Shown here: piece by piece, positions 45,731 through 54,214 of the stretch | Layout of the letters: each line of letters begins with the position of its first letter | Numbering within the stretch: position 1 is the stretch's first letter | Assembly: GCA_937967455.1 (NCBI GenBank) | Contig: CALCJK010000018.1 | Span: forward strand, 70,293 to 134,292 | DNA from: an uncultured bacterium | Lineage (GTDB): Bacteria; Bacteroidota; Ignavibacteria; UBA10030; BY39 | Reading direction: 5' to 3' | Length of the DNA stretch: 64,000 nt | Made by a program: the position numbers and the translations under genes | The notes under the pieces: generated by a model | What the model was told of the DNA's origin: nothing | The model's database searches: none | The model's input: the letters and a program-made list of their open reading frames with translations, nothing else

Positions 45731-46441
45731 ATGAAACTTGAAGAAAAATTATTAAAAAGTGTTTCTGATAATGATAATATCGTAAAGGGGGCTTGGATAG
45801 GTATTACCTGGACTGCTATTGAATCTAAATATGTAGGATTAAGCCATACTTATTGTACATCTGAAATAGTTGACATCGAAAATGCCGGCGAATTGACTTC
45901 TTGTAAAATTTCTGACCTTACAAAACGTATACTTTCCTGGAAACCCCTTGAAGCTTCTATCGGTGTTGCTGCAATTAACTCATTAATCGAACCACGAGGA
46001 AAAAAAGGTAACATAAAAGATTACATCAGAGAAAAATCGCGTGGAAAAATAGTTACTTTTGTTGGACGCTTTCCATTTTACAAAGAGATCTCCGAAATTG
46101 CAAAAAAATCCTTTCTACTTGAAATTAACGCATTTGGAGATGAATTACCATCATTTGCGTGCGAAGAAATCCTGCCAAAATCAGATGTAAACGTAATAAG
46201 TGCAACAGCATTAATAAATCACTCCCTTCAACGATTGTTAGAGTTAGGACAAAATGGAATTAATATCGTACTAGGTCCAACAACTCCACTTTCACCTGTT
46301 TTATTTGATTTTGGGGCTGATGTACTTGCTGGAGTCAAAGTTGTAAATAAACAAGATGTTGTAAAAAGTATTACTCAAGGAGTCAGAAAATCCACGCTAA
46401 TTCATGGAATAGAACCGATTTGTTTATTTAAAAAGCAATGA
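45731..46441 (+). CDS. DUF364 Rossmann-like (putative heavy-metal chelation) protein
   Basis: ASIGVAAINSL, VGRFP, SATALINHSL..LL, LGPTTP. Confidence 0.8.
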   Translation: MKLEEKLLKSVSDNDNIVKGAWIGITWTAIESKYVGLSHTYCTSEIVDIENAGELTSCKISDLTKRILSWKPLEASIGVAAINSLIEPRGKKGNIKDYIREKSRGKIVTFVGRFPFYKEISEIAKKSFLLEINAFGDELPSFACEEILPKSDVNVISATALINHSLQRLLELGQNGINIVLGPTTPLSPVLFDFGADVLAGVKVVNKQDVVKSITQGVRKSTLIHGIEPICLFKKQ

Positions 46442-46453
46442 TATGGGAGTAAA

Positions 46454-48472
46454 TCAATTATATAATCTTAAATACATATAAACTGTTCTTCCAGCTTCCG
46501 GGTAACCTTCAACTATAGAGTAATTACGATCAAATATGTTATCAATACCCATATAAATTTGAATATTTCTGGACACCTTTATAGCAGATTTTAAATTAAA
46601 TAGTGTAAATGCCCCAGCTTTATAAATACCATCACTTGTACTATATTGTTCTGAGTTAGATTCCATTTCACCTGCAATCTCAAGAATAGAAAATGGGTTA
46701 ATTTGCATATTCAAAATTAGTTTATGCTCAGGCGTATTTATGAATTTTAGAGTTGGATCTGAAATATTTTTTCTTTTAAGAAAAGTATAATTTGTTTCAA
46801 TATTGATTGCGGAAATCGGATGAGCATTCAATTCAACTTCAACGCCGTAGTATCTTGCTTTTCCCATATTTTGCACTTGAGATAAACTTCCTTGAACATT
46901 ATTTACAAGTGTAATTACATCTTTTATATCATTAAAGAATGCACTAACTTTGTAAAAATCTTTTTCATTAAATTTTCCATAAAAAGAAATATCATAATTA
47001 ATGGCATTTTCAGGAATTAAATATGGGTTCGGAATTGCGATTCCTAGCTTATATGAGTACCGATCTTTCATTGTCGCAAATCGTGTTTTTCTGGCAACAC
47101 TAAACAAAATTTTTTGCATAGAAGAAATATCATATATACCTCCAAGTTGTATGTTCCACGCATTAGTATTATCTTTGGGGAAATCTGAAATAACTCCAGT
47201 TTTGCTATTATAATCCTGAGCTTGTAAACTTTTACGAACATTGTAACTTAACCCCCCGACGAGCGAAAAGTTTTCAAGCATTTTATACACATCTTCAATT
47301 CCTACTGAGACTATAGCATCGCGTACCAACCTTACCGGTTCGCCCAAATTATTCTCCCTGTGAATATCGTGCTTGTAATTAAATGCTAGAGTTGTATTAT
47401 GTCGAGAAAAATATCTCGTTTTGCCTTCTAACATTATCCCCCAGGAATCATCATCAAAATAACTGTTGAATGAACTTTTATTGTTCTGCGTTGAATAGGA
47501 GGCATCGTCGAAAGCTCTAAGCATATTTTTGAATTTGTCGTTGAATAAACGCAATTTAATTATTATGTTATCATTTGTTTCTTTATTACCTAACATTGTC
47601 TGCGAAATAAAATATTTGCTAATCTTATCCCATTTAGGCCACCGCCAATAACGAACTGGACTGTTCGGATTGATACCAGTATAAACCGGATTACCTTTTT
47701 CACCTTGTTGATTCATATAACTGAAAGAGTATTCATCGGTTTCGTTTGGTGTAAATCCTAATTTGAAATTATATTTGGTATCTTCCCTATAAGAATTATC
47801 CCTTTCACCACCATCTTCGGTTGTAGTAGCTGTGAATGATTTTGATAATCTGAAAGATTGTTGATCTATTTTTGAAACACTTCCCATAAAATAATACAAA
47901 GACTGATTTGAACCAACATTAACAGAATAATTATACCCACTGTTAATCACGACTCCGCCGGAAATATCATAATCTAATTTTAAAGATGGTTTTCGTGATA
48001 TTAGATTGATAGCTCCACCCATTGCATTAGGACCAAACAAAACTGAAGAAAATCCTTTACTAACAGAAATTCTAGAAATGTCCAAGGTAATAAAACGAGA
48101 TAAATCAACATAACCATCGTATGGAACGTACACAGGTATACCGTCAATAAATATAGGTACCTGCCTCAAATCATACCCGCGCATATAGACCATTGATTCA
48201 TTACGCACACCAACTTTAGAGATATTAAGGCCCGCTAACATTCTCAACGAATGGGATACATCAATATTTTGACGATCATTAGAATTCGATATTTGCAAAA
48301 TTGTTTGATGGAATGGGGATAATTGATCACTTTTATCAGCAAAAATCTCAATTCCTCCAAGGTAAAATACTTTCGAAGTATCGGGAATATTGTCAATAAA
48401 ACAAATAGCATGTTCTGAAAGAGAAATCAAAAATATTATTACTATTGAGATAAAATTATATAGTTTTTCCAT
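46454..48472 (-). CDS. TonB-dependent outer-membrane receptor
   Basis: Signal peptide; plug RNESMVYMRGYDLRQVPIFIDGIPVYVPYDG, GPNAMGGAINLIS; end DNIFDRNY...GYPEAGRT. Confidence 0.9.
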   Translation of the reverse strand: MEKLYNFISIVIIFLISLSEHAICFIDNIPDTSKVFYLGGIEIFADKSDQLSPFHQTILQISNSNDRQNIDVSHSLRMLAGLNISKVGVRNESMVYMRGYDLRQVPIFIDGIPVYVPYDGYVDLSRFITLDISRISVSKGFSSVLFGPNAMGGAINLISRKPSLKLDYDISGGVVINSGYNYSVNVGSNQSLYYFMGSVSKIDQQSFRLSKSFTATTTEDGGERDNSYREDTKYNFKLGFTPNETDEYSFSYMNQQGEKGNPVYTGINPNSPVRYWRWPKWDKISKYFISQTMLGNKETNDNIIIKLRLFNDKFKNMLRAFDDASYSTQNNKSSFNSYFDDDSWGIMLEGKTRYFSRHNTTLAFNYKHDIHRENNLGEPVRLVRDAIVSVGIEDVYKMLENFSLVGGLSYNVRKSLQAQDYNSKTGVISDFPKDNTNAWNIQLGGIYDISSMQKILFSVARKTRFATMKDRYSYKLGIAIPNPYLIPENAINYDISFYGKFNEKDFYKVSAFFNDIKDVITLVNNVQGSLSQVQNMGKARYYGVEVELNAHPISAINIETNYTFLKRKNISDPTLKFINTPEHKLILNMQINPFSILEIAGEMESNSEQYSTSDGIYKAGAFTLFNLKSAIKVSRNIQIYMGIDNIFDRNYSIVEGYPEAGRTVYMYLRLYN

Positions 48473-48487
48473 TTCTTCCTCTAAATT

Positions 48488-50218
48488 TTAAACATTATCA
48501 TTTATAAGTGTGTTAACAATTTCGTTATATATATCACTGCTATTTCCATTTTGAATTTTCCATATATGTTTTGGAATAAACTGCCATCGCTCTTTTACTC
48601 TGTCTATTAAACTTTCTCTAATAACCAAAAGAACCGGAACAGACAATTGATTTATAATTTTATCAATTGAATCTGACCATCCTTTATTATTGAGTTCAAG
48701 CGGACCGACTTCATCAATAATGACTAATTTACAATCAGATAAATTTTTCAAATCCAGGACAGAATTACCAAAATTAATACCATCCTCAAAAAAGAGAAAG
48801 CCTCCTTCGTTAATTTTATTTACACCACTATCTATTCTGCAAAGAGGAACTTTATTTTTATTTTGAATATTCATTACGTCATAACCTATACGATTAAAAT
48901 TGTTATGAACAGCAGGCGAAATAATACCACATATTTTAAGATTGTTAATTTTATATTCATTAACAAGTTTTAATAGCAATGTTGATTTCCCATTTCCTTT
49001 ATCTCCAGTAAGGACGAATATGTTGTTTTGCCTTTGGACATTTTTCTCTATCTCCTCTAATCGATTTTTTGCTATTGCTAATAGTTGTGAAAGCGAAGTA
49101 ATTGGATGCCGCAATATTCTTCGCTGATCTTCAAGCAACGACACAGCCGTTGGTAAAGCATCAAAGGCAACTTCCATAGCATTGGCGATCTTGCCAAAAC
49201 CGATATGCAAAAACCAACCAATTATCTTAGGATTACGTAATTCTATACTAATAATATTAAATGCTATAACCATGAACAATGCTCGCAAGCTCATCTGAAT
49301 ACCAGCTATAAGACCACTCCAGGTCCATTCAGAACCTCTATTGGGTATATTCCCAAGTAATAATCCTGCAAGTGAAGTAATAATAATCAATTCAATCCAA
49401 ATCTTTGGCCGATAAAAACGCTTTAATAAATTTGGATACAAAAACAATGCAAATATTGTATAAATCATAACAATACTTGATGACCATATTAAAGATAATT
49501 TACCAATTGCAAGTAATACCAATGGAATAGCAATTACATTCGTTATTAATAAAAGTGTTGAAAACTTTTTTGATGAATTCGCTGCATTTAAAGAAAAAAT
49601 AGATTTGCTCTCACTTCTCGAAGGTGTAATAAAGTCGATAATTGCCGCTTTTTTACCAATTGCAATTCCAAGTATGGCTGCAAAAATACCGAACATTGCA
49701 TACAATAGAAATAAAATACCAATTGCCTGATATGCATTGATAGCTGTTACTCCAATATTCTTGGTAGCAAATTTATATACTTCAACATAAAGTATTGCGA
49801 TATTAAAACCGTATGTTATTATCAAACTTATAATATTTTGTAAAAATGGCAAGCAGGTAGTTATTGCCCCACCAATCAGTATCCCAAGTGTATTCCCACG
49901 CGACAGACGAATAATAATTTCCAGTACAATTGATTCAGTTATTATTCCTATCATTGGACCTAAAATTACAGCGCTCGGTGAAATAGATTTCATCAACGCA
50001 CAAACAACACCTGCTCTCCAAATTAGACCATTTTCTTTCCAGAGAAATCTTCCTCCAACAAGAAGCGATACCCCTATTGCTGAAAGTATCGTACCAGCCA
50101 GTGGTATACGCAAATTATGAAGGAAACTACCAATTATAATCTCAATTGATCCCCAGATGCTACCAAGTAATGCAGCTTTAATCCATAAAGGATTTAAATT
50201 TTTATATTTTTGTTTCAT
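48488..50218 (-). CDS. Polytopic membrane protein fused to a C-terminal P-loop NTPase (THEP1/DUF2478-like)
   Basis: ~10 TM segments, then Walker A GDKGNGKST, RIGYD, Walker B IIDEVGPLE. Confidence 0.75.
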   Translation of the reverse strand: MKQKYKNLNPLWIKAALLGSIWGSIEIIIGSFLHNLRIPLAGTILSAIGVSLLVGGRFLWKENGLIWRAGVVCALMKSISPSAVILGPMIGIITESIVLEIIIRLSRGNTLGILIGGAITTCLPFLQNIISLIITYGFNIAILYVEVYKFATKNIGVTAINAYQAIGILFLLYAMFGIFAAILGIAIGKKAAIIDFITPSRSESKSIFSLNAANSSKKFSTLLLITNVIAIPLVLLAIGKLSLIWSSSIVMIYTIFALFLYPNLLKRFYRPKIWIELIIITSLAGLLLGNIPNRGSEWTWSGLIAGIQMSLRALFMVIAFNIISIELRNPKIIGWFLHIGFGKIANAMEVAFDALPTAVSLLEDQRRILRHPITSLSQLLAIAKNRLEEIEKNVQRQNNIFVLTGDKGNGKSTLLLKLVNEYKINNLKICGIISPAVHNNFNRIGYDVMNIQNKNKVPLCRIDSGVNKINEGGFLFFEDGINFGNSVLDLKNLSDCKLVIIDEVGPLELNNKGWSDSIDKIINQLSVPVLLVIRESLIDRVKERWQFIPKHIWKIQNGNSSDIYNEIVNTLINDNV

Positions 50219-50255
50219 CAATTAATTATTAATTTACATTTGATTTGAGCATAAC

Positions 50256-50288
50256 AAAAAACCCCAACCTTTTGGAAAGGAAGGGGTT
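50256..50288 (-). terminator. Leader terminator (riboswitch expression platform)
   Basis: Minus strand AACCCC-TT-CCTTT-CCA-AAAGG-TT-GGGGTT plus T run, ~40 nt before the ATG. Confidence 0.65.
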
Positions 50289-50393
50289 ATAAAAACTTTA
50301 TTTTTAATTCATTTTTTCATTGTATCGCTTCAGCAATTTAAATCATAATATTAACGATCCAATGACTAAATGAACAAATTGTCAATTACATCA

Positions 50394-50528
50394 TTCTCCT
50401 TTCCAAACACGGGAGGCACTAATCTTTCGGTTAGTACCCGTCGCAGCTTTATTAAAGCTGTGAAGTCTATTCCGACTTACTGGTCTGTTACCATATCAAT
50501 CTGACTTAGGTAGACAGACTCGGAGTTT
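50394..50528 (-). promoter_or_regulatory. Moco RNA motif (molybdenum/tungsten cofactor riboswitch candidate)
   Basis: Minus strand ACTCCGAG...CCTAAGTCAGATTGATATGG...GGGTACTAACCGAAAGATTAGTGCCTCCCGTGTTTGGAAAGGAG matches the moaA-leader pattern (CCU..GUCA..UGAUA.GG and GCCUCCCGU.UUUGGAAAGG); ACTCC/GGAG closes P1. Confidence 0.82.
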
Positions 50529-50637
50529 TATCAAAGAACTTGTAAAAATATAATCTATTTTAATTTAAAATACAAAGAAGTAATTTGTTGGTTTTTCACA
50601 TTAACAGCTGATATACAAACAAAAGTAACAATTTTAA

Positions 50638-50808
50638 TTTTACTAGAAAAAGTTTTTTAGTTGAAATATTGCCACAAACATTCAAGCGGTAAAAGCATAC
50701 ACCACTTGCGAGATTTGATCCTTTAAACTAAAATTCTTCATTTTCTGCAGATTTGTGTTCATGCACTAATGTTAAAACTTCACGGATGAGCACATCATAT
50801 ATTTTCCA
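50638..50808 (-). pseudogene. Orphan decayed T9SS C-terminal domain
   Basis: WKIYDVLIREVLTLVHEHKSAENEEF*FKGSNLASGVCFYRLNVCGNISTKKLFLVK. Confidence 0.7.
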
Positions 50809-51579
50809 TATCTTGAAATGGATAATGAGATTTAGAGTTAGAGTCTATATAAAAAAAGAGCAATATAATTAACAACCTATTTTCTAATATTTTATCATTT
50901 GATTAATTATTTTTGAAAAACATTTAAATTACAAGACTTTTAACGGAAAAATTCACTTATCCGGCATAAAATATTTATAAATATTAAGTTTTTTCAATAT
51001 TTATAGCCATTTCTATAGTGGTTCCACATCTTTCTTCTTAACAATTTCTTAATATTCTGTTAACTTACTCGTAACCTATAATTTTTATATTTATACAAAT
51101 TTTATTCTAGGTTTCGGGTTTATTATGGTAATCCAACAATTAATTTTGAAGATAACAAAACGAACTCATCAGTTGCGCTTAGGATTAAAAACTCAAAATA
51201 TAAATTCAGATAAAAATTATAATAGCTTTATACATAAAAAAATAACTTACAAAGTTGCACTCGAGCTGGACAACATCAATAAATGGTGAATTAATTTAAT
51301 AAAATTATTGGAAACTTTAAGCGTGTCGTAAACTTAGATAATTTTTAAAAAGAAAGGACTAAAAATGATAGTTTTTAACATTAGCATATTTATTATTGCA
51401 ATACTAATATCCCTTATTTTCATGCTATATTTCCCAAAAATAATGAATTTCTTAGAAAGAAAATTCAGATAATATTTTGATGTTAATAAAAAATTTGTTA
51501 ATTTAAATTGTTCTTCACTTAAGAATAAATATTTTTACTTAATTATCTGATTACCAACGAATACAAACAACATTAATTA

Positions 51580-52905
51580 ATGCCAATTTTAAAAAAACAT
51601 GAACTAAACCATACCACCGAATTTAGGCGAAGGCGAGCATTGAACTGGGTTACACTCGGTTTAACATATGCCTCAATGTACATGGCAAGATATAATTTCG
51701 CCTTTGCAAATAAAGATCTTTCTGATGTTTATGGATTTTCAAAAAGTGAAATCGGCTCAATAATAACTTTTTCAACATTATTATATGGTTTATCTGCAAT
51801 GTTAAATGGTCCCGTTGCTGATAAAATCGGTGGTAAACGCGCAATGCTTATTGGAGTTTCTGGTGCATTTCTCTTCAATTTGATTTTTGGATTTAGTGCA
51901 TATTTGGGTTTCCTTGGCACTGGTACATTACTGCTTGGTTTCTTGGCAACTGTGTGGACTCTCAATATGTACTTTCAGTCGTATAGTGCTTTGGCAATAA
52001 TAAAAGTCAACTCGGCATGGTTCCATGTCAGCGAACGAGGTGTCTTTTCAGCAATATTTGGGTCAATGATACAAATGGGTCGGTTTGGTGTGTATGCACT
52101 TATGACAATTCCTTTTGTTGTAGCGTTACCCTGGCAATGGAAGTTTTTTTTACCAGCTTGCTTCGCAGGATTTTTTGCGATCATGACATTCCTTTTTGTG
52201 AAAGATAGCCCAAAAGACTCAAATTTTCCTGACTTTGATACTCAAGACGCCACAAGTGGTGATACAGAAAAGGTTACATTCAAATATGTTGCAAAAAAAG
52301 TTTTTACCAATCCAATAACTATCACAATTGCCATTGCAGAATTTTGCACCGGACTTGTCCGCAAAGGATTTGAAGAATGGTTCCCAAGATATATGCAGGA
52401 GGTACAAAACCTTCAACTTGATAACCCAATCTTTCAAAGAAATGCACTTGCAATTGTGTTAGCTGGTGTAGTTGGTGCATTCATAGCTGGCATGCTTTCC
52501 GATAAGCTTTTTAAGTCTCGAAGACCACCTGTAGCTTTTTTTGGTTATGTTCTACAAGTAATTAGTCTTTCAATTGTTTGGCAATCAAAAAGTCTTGAAC
52601 TTGTGGTTATCGCTTTTATAATAAATTCTTTGGCGATTTCTATGGTTCATTCCATGCTTTCTGGAACTGCATCAATGGACTTTGGAGGTAAAAGGGCTGG
52701 TGCTACTGCTGCAGGTATGTTCGATGGTATGCAATATATAGGTGGTTCAGTAATGGGTTATGGTGCAGGATATCTGCTTGATAAATATGGATGGGGAATA
52801 TGGGGACCAAGCATGATTGGATTTTCTTTCATCGGTGCCATATTAATGTTGAAATTATGGAATGCCGTTCCAAGCAAACCAAAAGCTGCAGACGTTAAGA
52901 ATTAA
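51580..52905 (+). CDS. MFS transporter, GlpT/UhpT (OPA)-like
   Basis: YMARYNF, GPVADKIGGK, WFHVSERG, GMLSDK...RRPP, DFGG...AAGMFDG.QY. Confidence 0.8.
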   Translation: MPILKKHELNHTTEFRRRRALNWVTLGLTYASMYMARYNFAFANKDLSDVYGFSKSEIGSIITFSTLLYGLSAMLNGPVADKIGGKRAMLIGVSGAFLFNLIFGFSAYLGFLGTGTLLLGFLATVWTLNMYFQSYSALAIIKVNSAWFHVSERGVFSAIFGSMIQMGRFGVYALMTIPFVVALPWQWKFFLPACFAGFFAIMTFLFVKDSPKDSNFPDFDTQDATSGDTEKVTFKYVAKKVFTNPITITIAIAEFCTGLVRKGFEEWFPRYMQEVQNLQLDNPIFQRNALAIVLAGVVGAFIAGMLSDKLFKSRRPPVAFFGYVLQVISLSIVWQSKSLELVVIAFIINSLAISMVHSMLSGTASMDFGGKRAGATAAGMFDGMQYIGGSVMGYGAGYLLDKYGWGIWGPSMIGFSFIGAILMLKLWNAVPSKPKAADVKN

Positions 52906-52922
52906 TCAACTATAAATCAATT

Positions 52923-53072
52923 CTATCTCAACAGCAATAGTTTCTTAATTGCTACATACACACCGTTTTCACATAAGGCAGTTATCCGCTAAAACTACAC
53001 ACCACTTGGCAACTCGGCTCCATTGAATTCAACTTCATACCTTCTTGGATTTATTTCTTCATTCATCAATAA
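52923..53072 (-). pseudogene. Second orphan decayed T9SS C-terminal domain
   Basis: LLMNEEINPRRYEVEFNGAELPSGV*F*RITALCENGVYVAIKKLLLLR*; both internal stops fall on the Tyr positions of SGVYFYR. Confidence 0.72.
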
Positions 53073-53179
53073 GTAAAGGTGTATTTTATAAAAAAAGGAA
53101 TTATATTATGCGCCATGATTAGTTTTATAAATATTAACTTTGACTTTCAATATAGGAGGCATAATTGAGGGGTTAATAA

Positions 53180-53920
53180 ATGGACCAAAATTTAATTATT
53201 ATAATTGGATTATTCTTTCTTTCTGTAATCTCAGGAATGTTAGGTTTGGGAGTTGCCTTTGCTGCTATTCCTTTCCTGGGATTTTTTCTCCCCGACCTTG
53301 TTCACCAGGTTCAACCATTGAGCCTATTGTTAAATGGTATAACTGCTTTATTCGCTGTATTTGGTTTTAGTAAAAGTGGTTATGTCGATTGGAAAAAAGC
53401 TATAATTCTTGCTGTCGTAACAACTGTTTCAGCACCAATTGGTTCTTATCTTGCACACTTCGTACCTCAAATCTATATATGGTATTTATATTTTGCTTCT
53501 GTAGTTTATTTGGCATATAGACTTTTTAAACCTGTAAAAGAAAAATCTGGAAAGGAAAACTTCAAATTAGCTCTTATGCTTGCAATACCAATATCTATTT
53601 TTAGTGGATTTTTAGGTGTAGGTCCAGGATTTCTGCTTTTACCTACACTCATTTTATTAGGATTCGATGTAAAAATGGCTGCAGGAATAAATGCTTTTGC
53701 AGTAACTCCTCCATCTTTTTCAGCAATATTGCCGCATCTATCAACTGCAAATTGGAATGTAAATCTAATGATACCTCTTCTTATTGTAGGAGCAATTGGC
53801 TCTTTCTTTGGAGCAAGAATCACAAGTATTTATATCCCAGGTAGCAGAATAAAACAAATTTTTGGAATTGTGATTGTTATAGTAACTCTATATAAAATTT
53901 ATACTTTGATCAATATATGA
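53180..53920 (+). CDS. TSUP (TauE/SafE) family transporter
   Basis: Two SGMLGLG / SGFLGVGPG repeats; ~8 TM segments. Confidence 0.85.
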   Translation: MDQNLIIIIGLFFLSVISGMLGLGVAFAAIPFLGFFLPDLVHQVQPLSLLLNGITALFAVFGFSKSGYVDWKKAIILAVVTTVSAPIGSYLAHFVPQIYIWYLYFASVVYLAYRLFKPVKEKSGKENFKLALMLAIPISIFSGFLGVGPGFLLLPTLILLGFDVKMAAGINAFAVTPPSFSAILPHLSTANWNVNLMIPLLIVGAIGSFFGARITSIYIPGSRIKQIFGIVIVIVTLYKIYTLINI

Positions 53921-54214
53921 GAAATTTTTTCAAACTGGTACCACTTAATTTTCCGGTAAAAAATCTTAAATCGAAAGTGGATAATAAGTCAAAAAAATTA
54001 AATGGATAAAACACCCAAAATAGATAAAAACGACGGATACTGTTTTTACAGATGTTAAGCGAAATAAATATTTATCATGGGAGTGCCTTCCGCACAAATA
54101 GTCTCGCTTCACTTAAATGTTATAAAAACATTTTTGTTTACTGACTTACGGGTCAATAAGATTGCTTTCAAACGAAAAGATTAATAAATTAAGTGAAAAA
54201 ATATATCTATTATT

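Noticed and set aside
50830..51570. Long AT-rich intergenic stretch with a 54-codon ORF near 51125
   Set aside because: No RBS, motif, repeat or RNA structure that I can support.
52923..53072. TAG recoding, since TAG sits at two conserved Tyr positions in the relic
   Set aside because: TAG terminates intact genes here (e.g. rpmF, the BamA/TamA-family gene); TAY-to-TAG is a single substitution in a decaying sequence.
54054..54125. GTTAAGCGAAA with a partial inverted copy ending 54112 as an empty first cassette or attI
   Set aside because: Only 9/11 match and the AAC core is broken; used only as an approximate left boundary.
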